Origin: Mizuhopecten yessoensis
Taxonomy: Eukaryota
DNA length: 64,000 bases
Direction of reading: 5' to 3'
NCBI RefSeq assembly: GCF_002113885.1
Contig: NW_018479929.1
Coordinates: forward strand, 1-64,000
Below are positions 26,914 through 39,022 of this stretch, one piece after another. A program made the translations under genes and the position numbers. A model generated the notes under the pieces. It was not told where the DNA came from. It saw only the letters and a program-made list of their open reading frames with translations, and ran no database searches. Positions within the stretch are counted from its first letter, which is position 1, and every line of letters begins with the position of its first letter.

Positions 26914-28254
26914 CTGAAAATAAACAAATAAATGAACAAGTCTGCTTGAGAGATAAATATTAATCTTCAAGCTTTGTCATTTTTATATACAATTCCCAAA
27001 GGTCTTTACCCCATTATGCAGACAAAATCATAAATTCTTCTAATCTCATGTTTTAAATCAACTGTCCAATGAACTGTGCAAAACCATGTTTTGTACAGGA
27101 TAGGCATGTCTGTCTATGGTTTGGAAAACAGACATTTGATCTGAGGCGCCGATAATGTGTTATATTGTTCGGCGCCTTGCTCCTCTTCCAGTAACAATTA
27201 CAAGCACAGAACAGCATTCACTTCAATTATATTCGAAGAAATCAAATAACCTTTTGTACAAATAGTTCAATTATAGATGAAATAATTTGATACGAAAAAA
27301 CTTGTATTGCCTCATTCTGCTCCAAATGCATGCTTTGCTGCGATAAGTTAAATACGTAAACATCAATTATTACTGAACAATGTTGTGTGTGAGTTTACTG
27401 TTCCACCGCGCAAACAATTATTTGAAACTGCTTCCTTTTTTAACGGTTAACAAATGTCAGATAAATAACAAGTATATTACTGTTTCAGTAACAGACATAT
27501 TATCAAGATACTGTAACTAGACGATCGCATGGTAGTATATATGTTGGACATGTGGCAGGCAATAATTATGAAATTTTCGTTATCGGTATCATTGTCATGT
27601 TCTTATAGATTTCTTTTATCCTCTTTAATTGAATCATAATCATGTGGTAGAGATGGGTAATTGTGATATAGTGTCGCTGTTACTATTTTTAGATACAGCA
27701 GGTCAACGGTGACTTTCTGGAGTCTCTGCAATTCTAACAATCAACACAATGTAAACGTTCAGTACCCTTCTCGTGACGATTAGTTCACGCGCAAGCAGGG
27801 TTGATTAAAACAAATTGTTGCTTGTTTAATATAACAATTAAGGAAGTTTATATCGTTGAATATGTGTATATAGACCAAAAATGTGTATTGACCGCGACTC
27901 TGTCAATGTAAATATTGTTTTCGAGTCCATATAACCACGAACTCACCTCAACAAAAGTAATATTTGACAAAGAGTTGATTCGCAGTATGTATAGCATAAA
28001 ATTAACGTAACGTTTAGCACTCCATAACATGTAATTTCACCACACACTCACACACTGGTAATAGGTCGATCCATGTGCGACATGTGTGTGAAAGTGACGA
28101 TTTGTTTCTAAAATATCAGTTTGAAGTGCGCTCCGGGCGCGGGTCGCATATTTCCCGCTTATTATAGAGGGCCGGAGTTCTGACGTTAATCGACGACAGA
28201 CCGATATGAAAAAGTCGATAAAACGTTAGAATAATTCGGACTACGTATTTATGT

Positions 28255-28515
28255 ACACCTGACCTCTGGACACGAAGTATGTCGTGTCCATGACACATGT
28301 TAGTAGTTCGATGATGTTGTCTACTGATTGTTCTTTTCTGATATTTCTTGTCTGCTTTTAATCTCTCTCTGTTGATATTGATGGCCTCTTGCACTGGTGT
28401 GTTAATAAACAGTGAAACCACAACGTCGGAGTTGAAAATGTCCTGTTATTCAATAATTACATTGTCCAAGTAAGATGCTAAATGTTTGGAATTCTTGACA
28501 TTCCAAACTGACGAA
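28255..28515 (-). mobile_element. Penelope-like element reverse transcriptase fragment (intronic)
   Basis: VKNSKHL...SDVVVSLFINTPVQEAININRERLKADK..KRT resembles the PLE RT motif SFDVVSLFTNVPV.EAI. Confidence 0.7.
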
Positions 28516-29183
28516 TCTTATTGAAGTTACTGACGAAGCCGCTTTATTCCCAAGCAGTCTTTTTATCGAAGCCATTTAAGCAAGTCGTCAATGGCTTATT
28601 TTCAACACTATGGAAAAGCATGATGTTATACTTTAATATAACGGAAATAAAATTGTTTCTTTTTTCCCCTTTATCGAATACATATACATGTACTAATAAA
28701 TCATGTCATGTATAATATACGAGTATAATTTGTTTATGCCTACAAGTATAAGTTGAATTATATCTGGAATTCAATTTGCCTTTTGATGACCCGACTATTT
28801 GCTAAGACGTTTTTTTTGTTGAGATACATGTATGTTTGGTTGCAGGCGATCAACACTTTATTTTCAAGGTCGGCCTCTTTTAGTTAATTCAGACTATCGA
28901 GAGTTTCTGAAATTTCGGTCTCAGTCGGTTCACACAAGCATTGAGTAACTTACCTAGTAAAACATCATAACGGATAAGTGTTCTTCTACTGAATCCTAAA
29001 CTACCATTACTGCCTAAAACGGCTCAAAATGTGTAGATTAGCAACACCAATGTATTAATTAAATGAATAACAATTATTGTTATATATATTTCATTGTGTT
29101 AATTCATGAACTCTTCCATGAACAGACACATTACCTTACATGGCGTGGTGACAGAAGTATAAAAATTAAAAACGATGTCTTAC

Positions 29184-29235
29184 CTGTGTTTTCCATCACT
29201 AGGCACATGGTAACATACAGGTAAATACAGAGCAT
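29184..29235 (-). CDS. First coding exon: signal peptide (MLCIYLYVTMCLVMENT-G)
   Basis: Kozak-like aacgccATG, hydrophobic 17 codons and a strong phase-1 donor ACAG|gtaaga matching the downstream phase-1 acceptors. An acceptor (cttccag) just upstream implies a 5'UTR exon, possibly ending at about 30035 (AAG|gtaaac). Confidence 0.78.
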
Positions 29236-30132
29236 GGCGTTGATCCTGGAAGATTATTATGTAAATAATAATACCTTGAAAGAAAGTATCAAGGATAAGC
29301 AAACGCGAAAGTAGGTATACAATGCAACATAATGCAACAAATATATCTCTATTTTAAACTAGACTACAACTTAAACAAACAGAAAAATCAAATCCAACTA
29401 ATGAACTCAGTGTGATGGTAAATTACAGGTTTCATCTTTGAACAAAAGCAACTGGAGGCATGAGTTGTTTTTATTAATCAAACATTTAAGCTGGACTTTT
29501 TATCTAAAGGAAAAAAATAAACAAAACATTTTCATATATATTGCAAAGTTTGCCCCTTCCACCCTCACAACTGGAAAATCTGTGAAACATGAGAATGCTT
29601 TTGTTTTTTAAACAAATTTTATATCTCTGTCTCTGGATACTATGTACGTCTGAAAAAGAAGATATTTAAGTTCAATATATCGTAAACTACAGCATATAAA
29701 AACACATATCTTAGGCCATTCGAAAGACTAACGGGGTGGGAGCACAAGTATAACAAATGAATAAGGATGAGAAGAAATATTATTAAACAAAAACGTATTT
29801 CACTTTAAGTGACGGGGGACGGGAATCAAATGTCAAAAAGCAACTCCTACCTTTTTTGACGTAGACTGTCCATTAAATACAAGCCATGTAACAGACGAAG
29901 GGATGACTCCGTCAAAAGTAACGGCTGAAAGTGTGTAGCCGAGGTTTTGTCACTTTTAAAATAATCTAATAAGATAAATCACTCCAACAGCCAAGCTTTG
30001 ATGTTTTAGCTCTCGTTTTGGTCAGCGGGTTTACCTTGTCCTCACTCGACTTTAAATGTGAGATTAAATCCGACATCCAATGGAGATAACATGTCGTCTC
30101 TAAAGACGTTAACTAGGATGAAACTTCCTGAC

Positions 30133-30198
30133 ACAGCGTCTGGGTGTGCTGCTGATCAGACAGGTACAGCGTCTGGGTGTGCCGCTGATCAGACAGGT
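30133..30198. repeat. 33-bp tandem duplication
   Basis: ACAGCGTCTGGGTGTGC(T/C)GCTGATCAGACAGGT x2. Confidence 0.9.
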
Positions 30199-33100
30199 GG
30201 TGATCTGATGACTAGAGCGACAATCACGAGTTCATAGGTCCAGATTTCGAATCATGATCTGACCTCATTGCAATCATGCACCCTTGTAAGCACAAATACT
30301 GAAAATATTGGAATTGTGTGGTGAAGTCCTCAATTAGTAAAATAATTTTCAAACATAATTGATGTCATTCTTATAAAGCAGTGAGTGCTTGTCCTTTCTA
30401 AATCAATGGATGCAAGGTTGTCGACTTTAACATGTAGTTGACATGCGTCTTCATTAAAGCATTTGCATTAGTGTGTGGCACCTTAAGACAGTATACGATA
30501 TTGAATATATGAATCGATATCCGACTAAAGAATACCTTCAAGGCGTTAATTGGATTCAAGCATACCTATCTTCTTTACATTAATAAAATATTACCAATTT
30601 CTTTATGTATATTTTCAGTACTGACATGGGACATGGGAACATAACCCTAGCTGCATATATGAAACAAAGTAGTCTTATTTTTGCACCATTAAGGTGACAA
30701 CAATAAACATCCGACATATCTTATGGTTATTGCTGGGTTCTAACTAAAATTAATAAAATATGGAAAATCAATAGTTTAACACAAAGTAAGTATAATGTTT
30801 TCTGTAGTTGTGTAATATCTGACACACAGATCGATACAAATACAAATAGGTATATAGCAGCATATGTACTCAAGTTGCATCGATGCAAATTAAGTTTAGG
30901 AACATGTGACGTCATAAAAAATGGGGGCATTAATATAGGCTTTAATCTGGATTTCCTATCTTTCTTAACTCAACTGTACGTTATAAACATGTTTTGCTAT
31001 TGAACCACATACTCTTTTGAATAGTCTAAACAGGAGGAACCGCTAGGAACAAAACCGTCAAGTGAAACTATGACAAACTATGTCTTTTAATTGTTTTTTG
31101 AAAATTAAGCATGTGTCAATAAGTTAGATAATATCAAATTTGATATATAGATATTCTTAAAGAATAACGATCTATATCACCCTCTTCAGGGAAAATTTAA
31201 GGATCTAAGCCCCAATATGGTAATCGAAAGTACTTGATAGGAACATTCCACCCTCGGGTGTAAGAATTGGGTTAAGAACCGAGGCGTTGCTGGGATTATA
31301 TCACAAGATGTAACATTTCTTTCTGAACCCAAGTCCTGCCACAGTTCTGAGATGAAATTAGAAACCTAAGCTAATTGTCTATCAGCATTACCAACATAAC
31401 ACGCATTTTTTTCTCTCCCACCTACTACACGAAATATCGGTAACAAACGAAAAGGACGTAATACGCAATAATAATCATAGAAAATTGTCTCGCTAATTAG
31501 AAATGTATTCAGCAGTATATTAAGAAAGAGCAGGGAACGAAGTATGGAGGTTAACAGAATTTTTGATGTTGCTATATCAAGAACTCAGTTATATAATGCC
31601 AGTTTTTTTCCCGAAACTGATGATCCGTTTCTGCTATTAATGACATTTGTCCATTAAATACACAGACTTTTCTTTATGGATGTCGAGGACTTGATATCAA
31701 TATGAATATAAGTATTTGGAGATAGTTTGGAGATTCAAAAAAGATACTAGACGCTTTAACTAGATTACACTTACTTTTTTATCTTTTTTTCACATTACTT
31801 TGCTGTGTGGAATGATACCAGTACATAATTTTACAATGTGCTGTCCACCAGCATCATTTTAGTTGCCTTTTTTTGTAAAATCTATTTTTTGTACAGCAAT
31901 TATCAAATAATTAATAATCACATGCAAATATCAATATACATGTACATAATATACATGTTTTATCATTACTTCAATTCAATAAGTGTGTGTAAACTGTTTA
32001 TATCTGTAAGGAGAGGGCGATCATAGGCTTTGCCTGTTGACCAATTCCTTTTTATCTGAGATCTGAACAATAAATATTCTGAAATGAAAAGTATGGAGGT
32101 TTCCTTTAAAGTCAATTTAGTTTACAAAACATTCACATTGAATTTGTTCGAACATTGCTAGTGACCCTAAGGCGATTACAAATGCCTACTGTTGTTCCTC
32201 AGTTGACTAAAATGATCATTTAATGAAGTCACCTATCACATCGAAATGACGATATTTCAGAACGTCAGCCGCAATAATACTTAATGTTAGAATTCATTTT
32301 TTGGTATTAATGTACTCGATAATAAGGAATTAAAACAATTGTAGTTCCAAATAAGGGGGTCATCAAGTGGACTTTTGTGGGATGAGCTAGCGTAATACAT
32401 TGGGTAATAGATGCAGCCAGTATGCCAAATATGTATATATACTGCACCTAACAGCTGTTATACCTCATAATTGTTCCACATTTGGCATATTAATCTTGCA
32501 TACGGAGAGATGGGGGAACAAAATATCACAAACCTGGAAATATCTTGATTCATCTTTCAACGTTAAGAAAATATGAATTTCGTCGAAACATCTTTGGGAG
32601 TTCACGAATGGAATGTTAAACGTTATTTATACAGTACATAATTGCAATCTAGGTTTTAATTTTGATTATAAAAACACACCATATATTGCCCCATATTGCC
32701 ATTTCGTCTATCAAGAGCTCATCAGTTGTATTTAAAATCTCGAAAAAGACAATGCATGTTTAAACTGTTCGAGGTCATGTACAGATATTCTTTGAAAGGG
32801 AATGATGTGAAAATATAGTTTTAAACTATTCTCCATGGTCAATATTTAACCATTAAAGATATCCACGTAGCCATTAAAAATAACCCTTTTAACTATTATG
32901 ACATTATGAGTATACTATTTTGTATACAAACAAAGTCATTAAATATTTCATCATAATAAGCGAAGCATCTGTTTCAAAAGTGGAACCATAATATAAGCCT
33001 AGTATTAAAATACCTGTTTGCATTCTCTTCAGTGATTTCACCGATATTAGCCTAGTATATAAAATATACCCGTGTAGAGTCCGTGACCTTTAATCCTTGC

Positions 33101-33269
33101 ATCCTAATTGCCTTCTATTTAACGAAATGTATCATTTCTTTATTTCTCTAGTGGTAATTATAAATATAAAAAAAGTGTTCCATTATATAGAAAAACATTT
33201 TGATGAATAAATCCAACCCCATTAAACGCGAATAACGAAAGTATATTGGTGAAATTACTATACAAATGC

Positions 33270-33630
33270 ACTCAGCTTTGTAAAAAAGCTCTTTTACAGA
33301 AATATACAAGATTTTAAAGGATTTGATTGGTTCTGAAAATAGTAGTATTTGATAAATGCACAACATTTTAGAAATGTCTGTAAGTTCCAAAAATAGCACT
33401 ATTACACATCAGGCTACACAATTTTAGGGGATTCGATTGTTTCGTGAAATAGCTGTCATTCATAAAAAATACAACATAATTGAAGGTACAATAAGTTCTT
33501 AAAATATAAGTCTTTAATTAAAGTACAACATTTCAGAAGGTTCAATAGCTTCGAAAACTGTAGTCTTTCATAAAAATACAACATTTTAGAGGATTTGATA
33601 GGTTCGCAAAAGACCAGCACTAAAAAGAAG
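33270..33630. repeat. Degenerate about 60-bp minisatellite, resuming at about 36200-36310
   Basis: Recurrent AAAAATACAACATTTTAGA..GATTTGAT.GGTTC units. 33541-33600 closely matches 36202-36260. Confidence 0.7.
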
Positions 33631-33636
33631 TACATG

Positions 33637-33665
33637 TAATAATAATAATAATAATAATAATAATA
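33637..33665. repeat. (TAA)n microsatellite, probably the 3' tail of a minus-strand LINE
   Basis: About 9-10 TAA units followed by TTTATT (AATAAA on the minus strand). Confidence 0.85.
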
Positions 33666-33979
33666 GACTTTATTTAAATTTGATAACACATTGAGTCAAT
33701 GACTCGTCTCACATGTGGTCGACATAAAATGTAGAATATTTACAACATGGATATGACATACACGTACATACATAAGAAATTAAGTAACATATAACAGGTA
33801 ATAAAACATTGTATTATCTTTAAAACCAAAAACAAAACAACAACACACTCTTGCATCCTGTATCCAATAACAAAACTACGTAATACATATCACAGATATA
33901 TTGGTATGTGATATCACACAGGCTTACAATAAAATATGTCACACGTGTATTGGAAAATAAAAAGTTGGCTAAATNTTTT

Positions 33980-36200
33980 TTTTGACGATATATTGCATAC
34001 CGTGTGACATTTCAGATATCACATGGCTTTTCTGATTGGTCTATGCCACAGTCTGGGGGCGGTGCCCATTTTAAAATTTGGCGTGACAAATAAACAAGAC
34101 ACGATAACATTGCAAACAAATTTAATTAAACTTAGACACCGTAAGTGTAAAAAACAGAGCATTTCTCTATCAAGCACCAATAAAGTGTTGGTATTATATT
34201 TGTTCACGCTACGTTACGCGTAGACAAAGTTTAACAGCAAAACACAAACAGTCTGTAGCTACATAAACGCGTTACTTACGCGACAGCACTGCAATGGGTA
34301 CATGCATTACAGGGAATAGAAATCCACGTGGCAATTATGCAACTGATCCTGAGAACGACTAGGCATAGGTCCCATATTATTTTCAATGTCATTTTCTTTG
34401 TTTTCCTCTGTTTCGATCTTGACCTTCTTGATCGTACTTTTTCCACACTCTAATGCCCGTCGTATTTCGACCTGTTGCGCCTCGGACGGTCTCTTGTAGG
34501 CACGGACAGCGGTAATGCTATGTCCAGTCCTTTCCATAATCAACTGTTCATCAAAGCCTAATGTAAAGTTTAGGTTAATGTCAATGCGTATAACATTCAA
34601 GTCAAATAAAAAAAAATCACATCAAAATGATTAATTGTTTTATCACTACATTGTATTTTAATAAAAAAAAAATCAAAATATACACATGCGTTGCGTAAAA
34701 AGTAGATACCTTATCATAAATGGGAGAATATGTAAACAAAATAAAAAACGCGTCTGTAATTTAACTTCAAATATCGTGTTAATGGATTATTTAGAATTTA
34801 TGTTATTTATGGACATCGAAAGTTATTTTCATATACGAAAAAGAACATGTATTCTATTTTACAGAATATAAAAAAACATATACACATGCTAACATTTTCG
34901 TGATTCACAATTATATTTAGACACACTTTAATTTCAGACTTACCGGCTTGGTAAAGAGATGTGGCGCATGTTCTCTTTCCGAATTGATTTGAAAATTTCC
35001 CCTCGAATCCTGCTTCCATACACATGTTTTTTCATGTCTGTAGTTCCTCTGTGTATATATCATATAAACTCCGGGGATGTCCGGACTCTGAAAAGTGTCG
35101 GTCACTTTTAGCCAAAATTTTCCTTTGGTGTAACCCCCAGCAAAAAAATGCTGGTTCGTCCTTGAAATTCTATGTACGTTTTTCCTTCACTATTCGCCCC
35201 ACAATGGAATTGAGAAGTATGGAGATCACGGTGTTCGTCGTGGCCACGTAGTCCAAATTATTTGCAGTTGTAATAGAATAACGTATTGATTACAGCTTGC
35301 GAACTAGCTTGTCCCAGAATGTCCGACTCCAACAATGTGCTTTCTTGTTCCGGGTTGATGGGGGTCAGCCTGTTTCAGCGAAACACCGATGCCCTCGCTT
35401 GCCAATTGTTTCATTCTAGCGTTCAGCGTTTTCCGAAAGTTCGTGAAACGACCATCCTTAGCATCGTGAAAGTTTTTATCCATTACACCATGTTGTCTCA
35501 TATATCTTAACACAGCCGATGGTAGCTGATACAAGGTCATCGGGGATATGGTGAGCCTTCCGCTCTACGGGCTTCCACCACAAAACACGTAAGCACGTGG
35601 TCCAATTCGTTAGTTGTACATGTAAGGATATCGGGGAACTGTTCGATGTCCGTTTTCCTGATATTACGTAGGGTCCGCCATTCTTCGAACACTCGGAAAC
35701 CCTACGAAGTATTCCTAATAGTGTTCTTGCTCTGTTGTGCTCGTTGCAGATTATTTATATATGTTGCCGTGACTGGGGCATGGAACCGTTCGTCCATCTC
35801 GTCATTTAAAAACCCATCCACCAACTGCTTTGAATCAAATAGTCCAGTGTCGATGTCTTTCAGTTCCAATTCATACTTGTCGACGGCCTGTGATAAAGTT
35901 ATATCATCCAGATCTCTGAAAACATCGGTGTCAATGTTTTTTTCTTATGTCAGTCCATGCTTGATCCGCCATCATTGACACCTGAGACTGAAATGAATAC
36001 TGTGGCAGGAAATGGGATGGGTCACAAAGTGGCGGGAAAATATCAAAGTGATTACTTGACAGGTTCTGATCAGCTGTATAGCTCCTCCCCCTGACACGTG
36101 GGTGACAATGACCTCGGCGGTCATTGGATAAAACAGATACATAATTGGCACTCGTGACGTATCGGATATATCACTCGTGCGCATTATGTATCTATTACAT
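33980..36200 (-). mobile_element. Crypton-type tyrosine recombinase transposon (DUF3504/KIAA1958-like), degenerate
   Basis: A YR pseudogene lies inside. The outer boundary is suggested by the interrupted host minisatellite resuming at about 36200. The left end abuts an N gap (33975). Confidence 0.8.
34307..35975 (-). pseudogene. Crypton tyrosine recombinase gene with one phase-1 intron (34558-34943)
   Basis: SKNTIRNT, FVVEARRAEGSPYPPMTLYQL, FRKTLNARMKQL, FGLRGHDEHRDL (catalytic R), SNQFGKRTCATSLYQAG|FDEQLIMERTGHS..AVRAYKRPS (H-Y box). Donor G|gtaagt, acceptor ttacattag|GC. In-frame stops present. Confidence 0.9.
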
Positions 36201-36455
36201 ATTCGATAGCTTCGAAAAATAGCAGTCTTTCATAAAAATACAGCTTTGAGAGGATGGGACTGGTTTGTCAAATAACATTCTGTTATAAAATTGCAAAATT
36301 TAGATGATGCAGTAAATTTAGTGTGATTTATTTTTTTGTTATGTCACGTCATTCTATATGAATGCTACTTATAAAATATTTTTGAATATACGATAGATGT
36401 CTCACATAGTAGTACAATATTCTAGATGATATTGGATATGTAAGTAAGACCTTTG

Positions 36456-37791
36456 TGTCATATTCGCTATGTAAGTTTGTCATATTTTGTGTATGTTTTG
36501 CGTATATGTGTGTCGCGACTAGGCCACCGTAGAGTAGACCGACAGGACGGTGAGTAGGGGTCAGCCATGCGACACCGAGATAATGTGTTTTGAATAAATA
36601 ATCCATTTTAACCGTCCGAAAGCCCATATACGTGGATAAGGCACATACACAGACTGTGGTAAGTACTGTGCATAACTATAATATGATCGTTTGTTAGGGT
36701 GGACGTGCGAATCACTGATGCGTGAAATTGTGTTTGTGTTTTTACAGATGTTGAATGCGTTTGTAGTGAAATATTCCTATATATGTTGGCTATAACTATA
36801 TTTGAGACTATCCTCATATGTATTTATATTGTATATACATGTATCGTATATCCAAAGTAGGTAAATATAGGTATATTCGTGTGTGCGTATGAAAGTTTGA
36901 AAAAAGTATGGAAGCTCATGCGGACCATAACTATAGGTGTTGTTAAACTTAATGTTTGTGTGTAAGTGGCACATGTATTTTGTTATAGTTAGGACTGTTA
37001 GGACTTACAACTGTCACCTTTATTTGGCAGCAAACCATGTTAGGACAGCAGGAACAAACCTCATACCGAAGAAGCACTAGACTTGGTCAGCAACAGGACC
37101 AGTTGTTCTTCGAGATTGGAGCTGGTTGGAATTAGGGGGAACGCGGTAATGCTTGGAACTCTATTCCATTAACACCATATGAACGTCCTGTGTGGACAAT
37201 AAGTGTACATCTTTCCTTCGTGGAAACGAGTCATGTGTGGACCTTATACAGAGTCCTGTGTGGACATTATGCGGAATCCTTTGTGGACATGTCCTTAATG
37301 CTGTGTTGATACCTTACGTTGATACATTAGATCCTATGTGGATCCATGGCACCTGTGTGAATCCTTCATTGATAGTTTGGAAACCTGTGTGGACATTCCA
37401 AAACGTCTTTCATATATATTTTGGAACCTCTGTGGACAGTTTACCGTACTACCAAGTCCTTCGTGGAGTGGTGACAGAGATTGTAGTAACATTGTGTAAT
37501 TGTTTCTAGTATTATGTATGCGAGGAGTGTGTTAGAGAGTGAGCTCTGTAAATATCGTCATTCTCGTATATTGTCATTATTGTGGTAATTGTACATGATA
37601 TTTAATTAATTGTGAATATTGATGTTTGTTATTCGTTGGTTCGTGGTACGATTAATCCCGCTGTTCGTCCTGCGTTACACATTGAACTGCTAAGTTTTTA
37701 ATCATCTTTGCGAAGGACTCATTGGTTTAACCTTAATCTTTATTCAAACACTTCGATTGTGAGGTACCCGACTCATGCCACGAACATAAGA
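36456..37791 (+). mobile_element. Probable solo LTR of an LTR retrotransposon
   Basis: Starts TGTCATATTCG and ends CGAACATAAGA (imperfect terminal inverted repeat, 8/11). Internal TGTGGAC short repeats at 37190-37440. No TSD recognised. Confidence 0.45.
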
Positions 37792-38874
37792 AATCGACTT
37801 GACAACCGTGTTCAGAATCATTCAAGCAGCTGTAGCGTAACGTTCACGAACCCATCAAACTCCGTGAACACAGAATGGAGATAGAGGCTTCTAATTTTTC
37901 TGTCACGGGGACATGCATATGAACTGTTTTATGCTTAATTAATGTTACCCGATGGTGTATGTGAATAGTGTACCTGTAGCAAACGTATTAAAAAGGACCC
38001 TTAAATTAATATTGTGGAAAGTAAATACCAATTTTATGATAATCATGGTGTCATTATCTTTTCTTCTAGTATTTTTATTGCCTGACAATCACATTGGTGA
38101 AGAGGCAGATTCATTTTTCAGGATAATTGATCCATTAAGTACATGGTTAGTTATAACAGGAGGAAAACGAAATCCATTGGACAATCCAAATACTTGTTTT
38201 ACGAGTGTCTATTGTTATGACAGGTGGAAAGAGAAGCGTCAAAATTGTCCTGCTCCAATTGCATTTATTGCCCTAAGAAGGCAAGTACCTCTCGACGTTT
38301 TATATAGGGATACAAGGATTTGCATACTTAATGTAAATATATATTGTTGTTTTCGTTTGCTTGTTTGTTTCTTGATTTATCATTATAATTATTTTCATTT
38401 TTGAATTTAATGGAAATTCTAAAATACAAACTTATATGTGTAACACCTCAATATTCCTTGAAAGTAAGAACGATCGGAGCCGTGATGGAATAAATTATCG
38501 TACAGTGTTACATATTTTTTATTCCCAGTAATGTCATCCTAATATAGTTTGGCACGTCATGTTGTTACATGCATTAACTTTCATAATATGTCGATAACAA
38601 GAATACCTCAAGGCCGAGCTTTCGCGCTTAGCCCTTCATCAGAGATTGATTAGTACTCGCCCTCATGTCACCTCCATATTTAAATACAGAAAGTACAATT
38701 ACATTTGCGTTGTATGAGTAACGTTTATAATGATCATATTCTTCTCTATATATTTCAATTGTAAGTGTTATATATCAATACCTTATTGTTACAACTAATT
38801 AACCTAGTGTAAGCAACAGACGCATGTTTGTAAATTTTCCATTCTATCTTCAATCTATTAACACTATTGCTGTT

Positions 38875-39022
38875 GTGTCGGCGATCAGGTAGTGACGTTG
38901 GTAGAGCGCCCGCCGAGAGTTCGGATGGTCCCGGGATCGTATCTCGGTCTGGATCCGAGAGTTCGGAGGGTCCCGGCCTCGTATCTCGGTCTGGCCGTAT
39001 CATTTATCTTCCCTCTGTTTCA
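38875..39022 (+). mobile_element. tRNA-derived SINE with internal about 44-bp duplication
   Basis: A-box-like GTAGTGACGTTGGTAGAGCG, followed by two copies of CCGAGAGTTCGGA.GGTCCCGG..TCGTATCTCGGTCTGG (B-box-like). No complete cloverleaf. Confidence 0.7.

Noticed and set aside
37952-38404. 150-aa ORF and possible micro-exons near 38120, 38224 and 40030
   Set aside because: Low-complexity, AT-driven composition, and the splice phases could not be linked into a supported model.
38875-39000. tRNA gene
   Set aside because: No proper acceptor stem or cloverleaf, and the 3' part is duplicated; better explained as a SINE. Similar weak tRNA-like heads at about 3885 and about 26090 are too degenerate to call.
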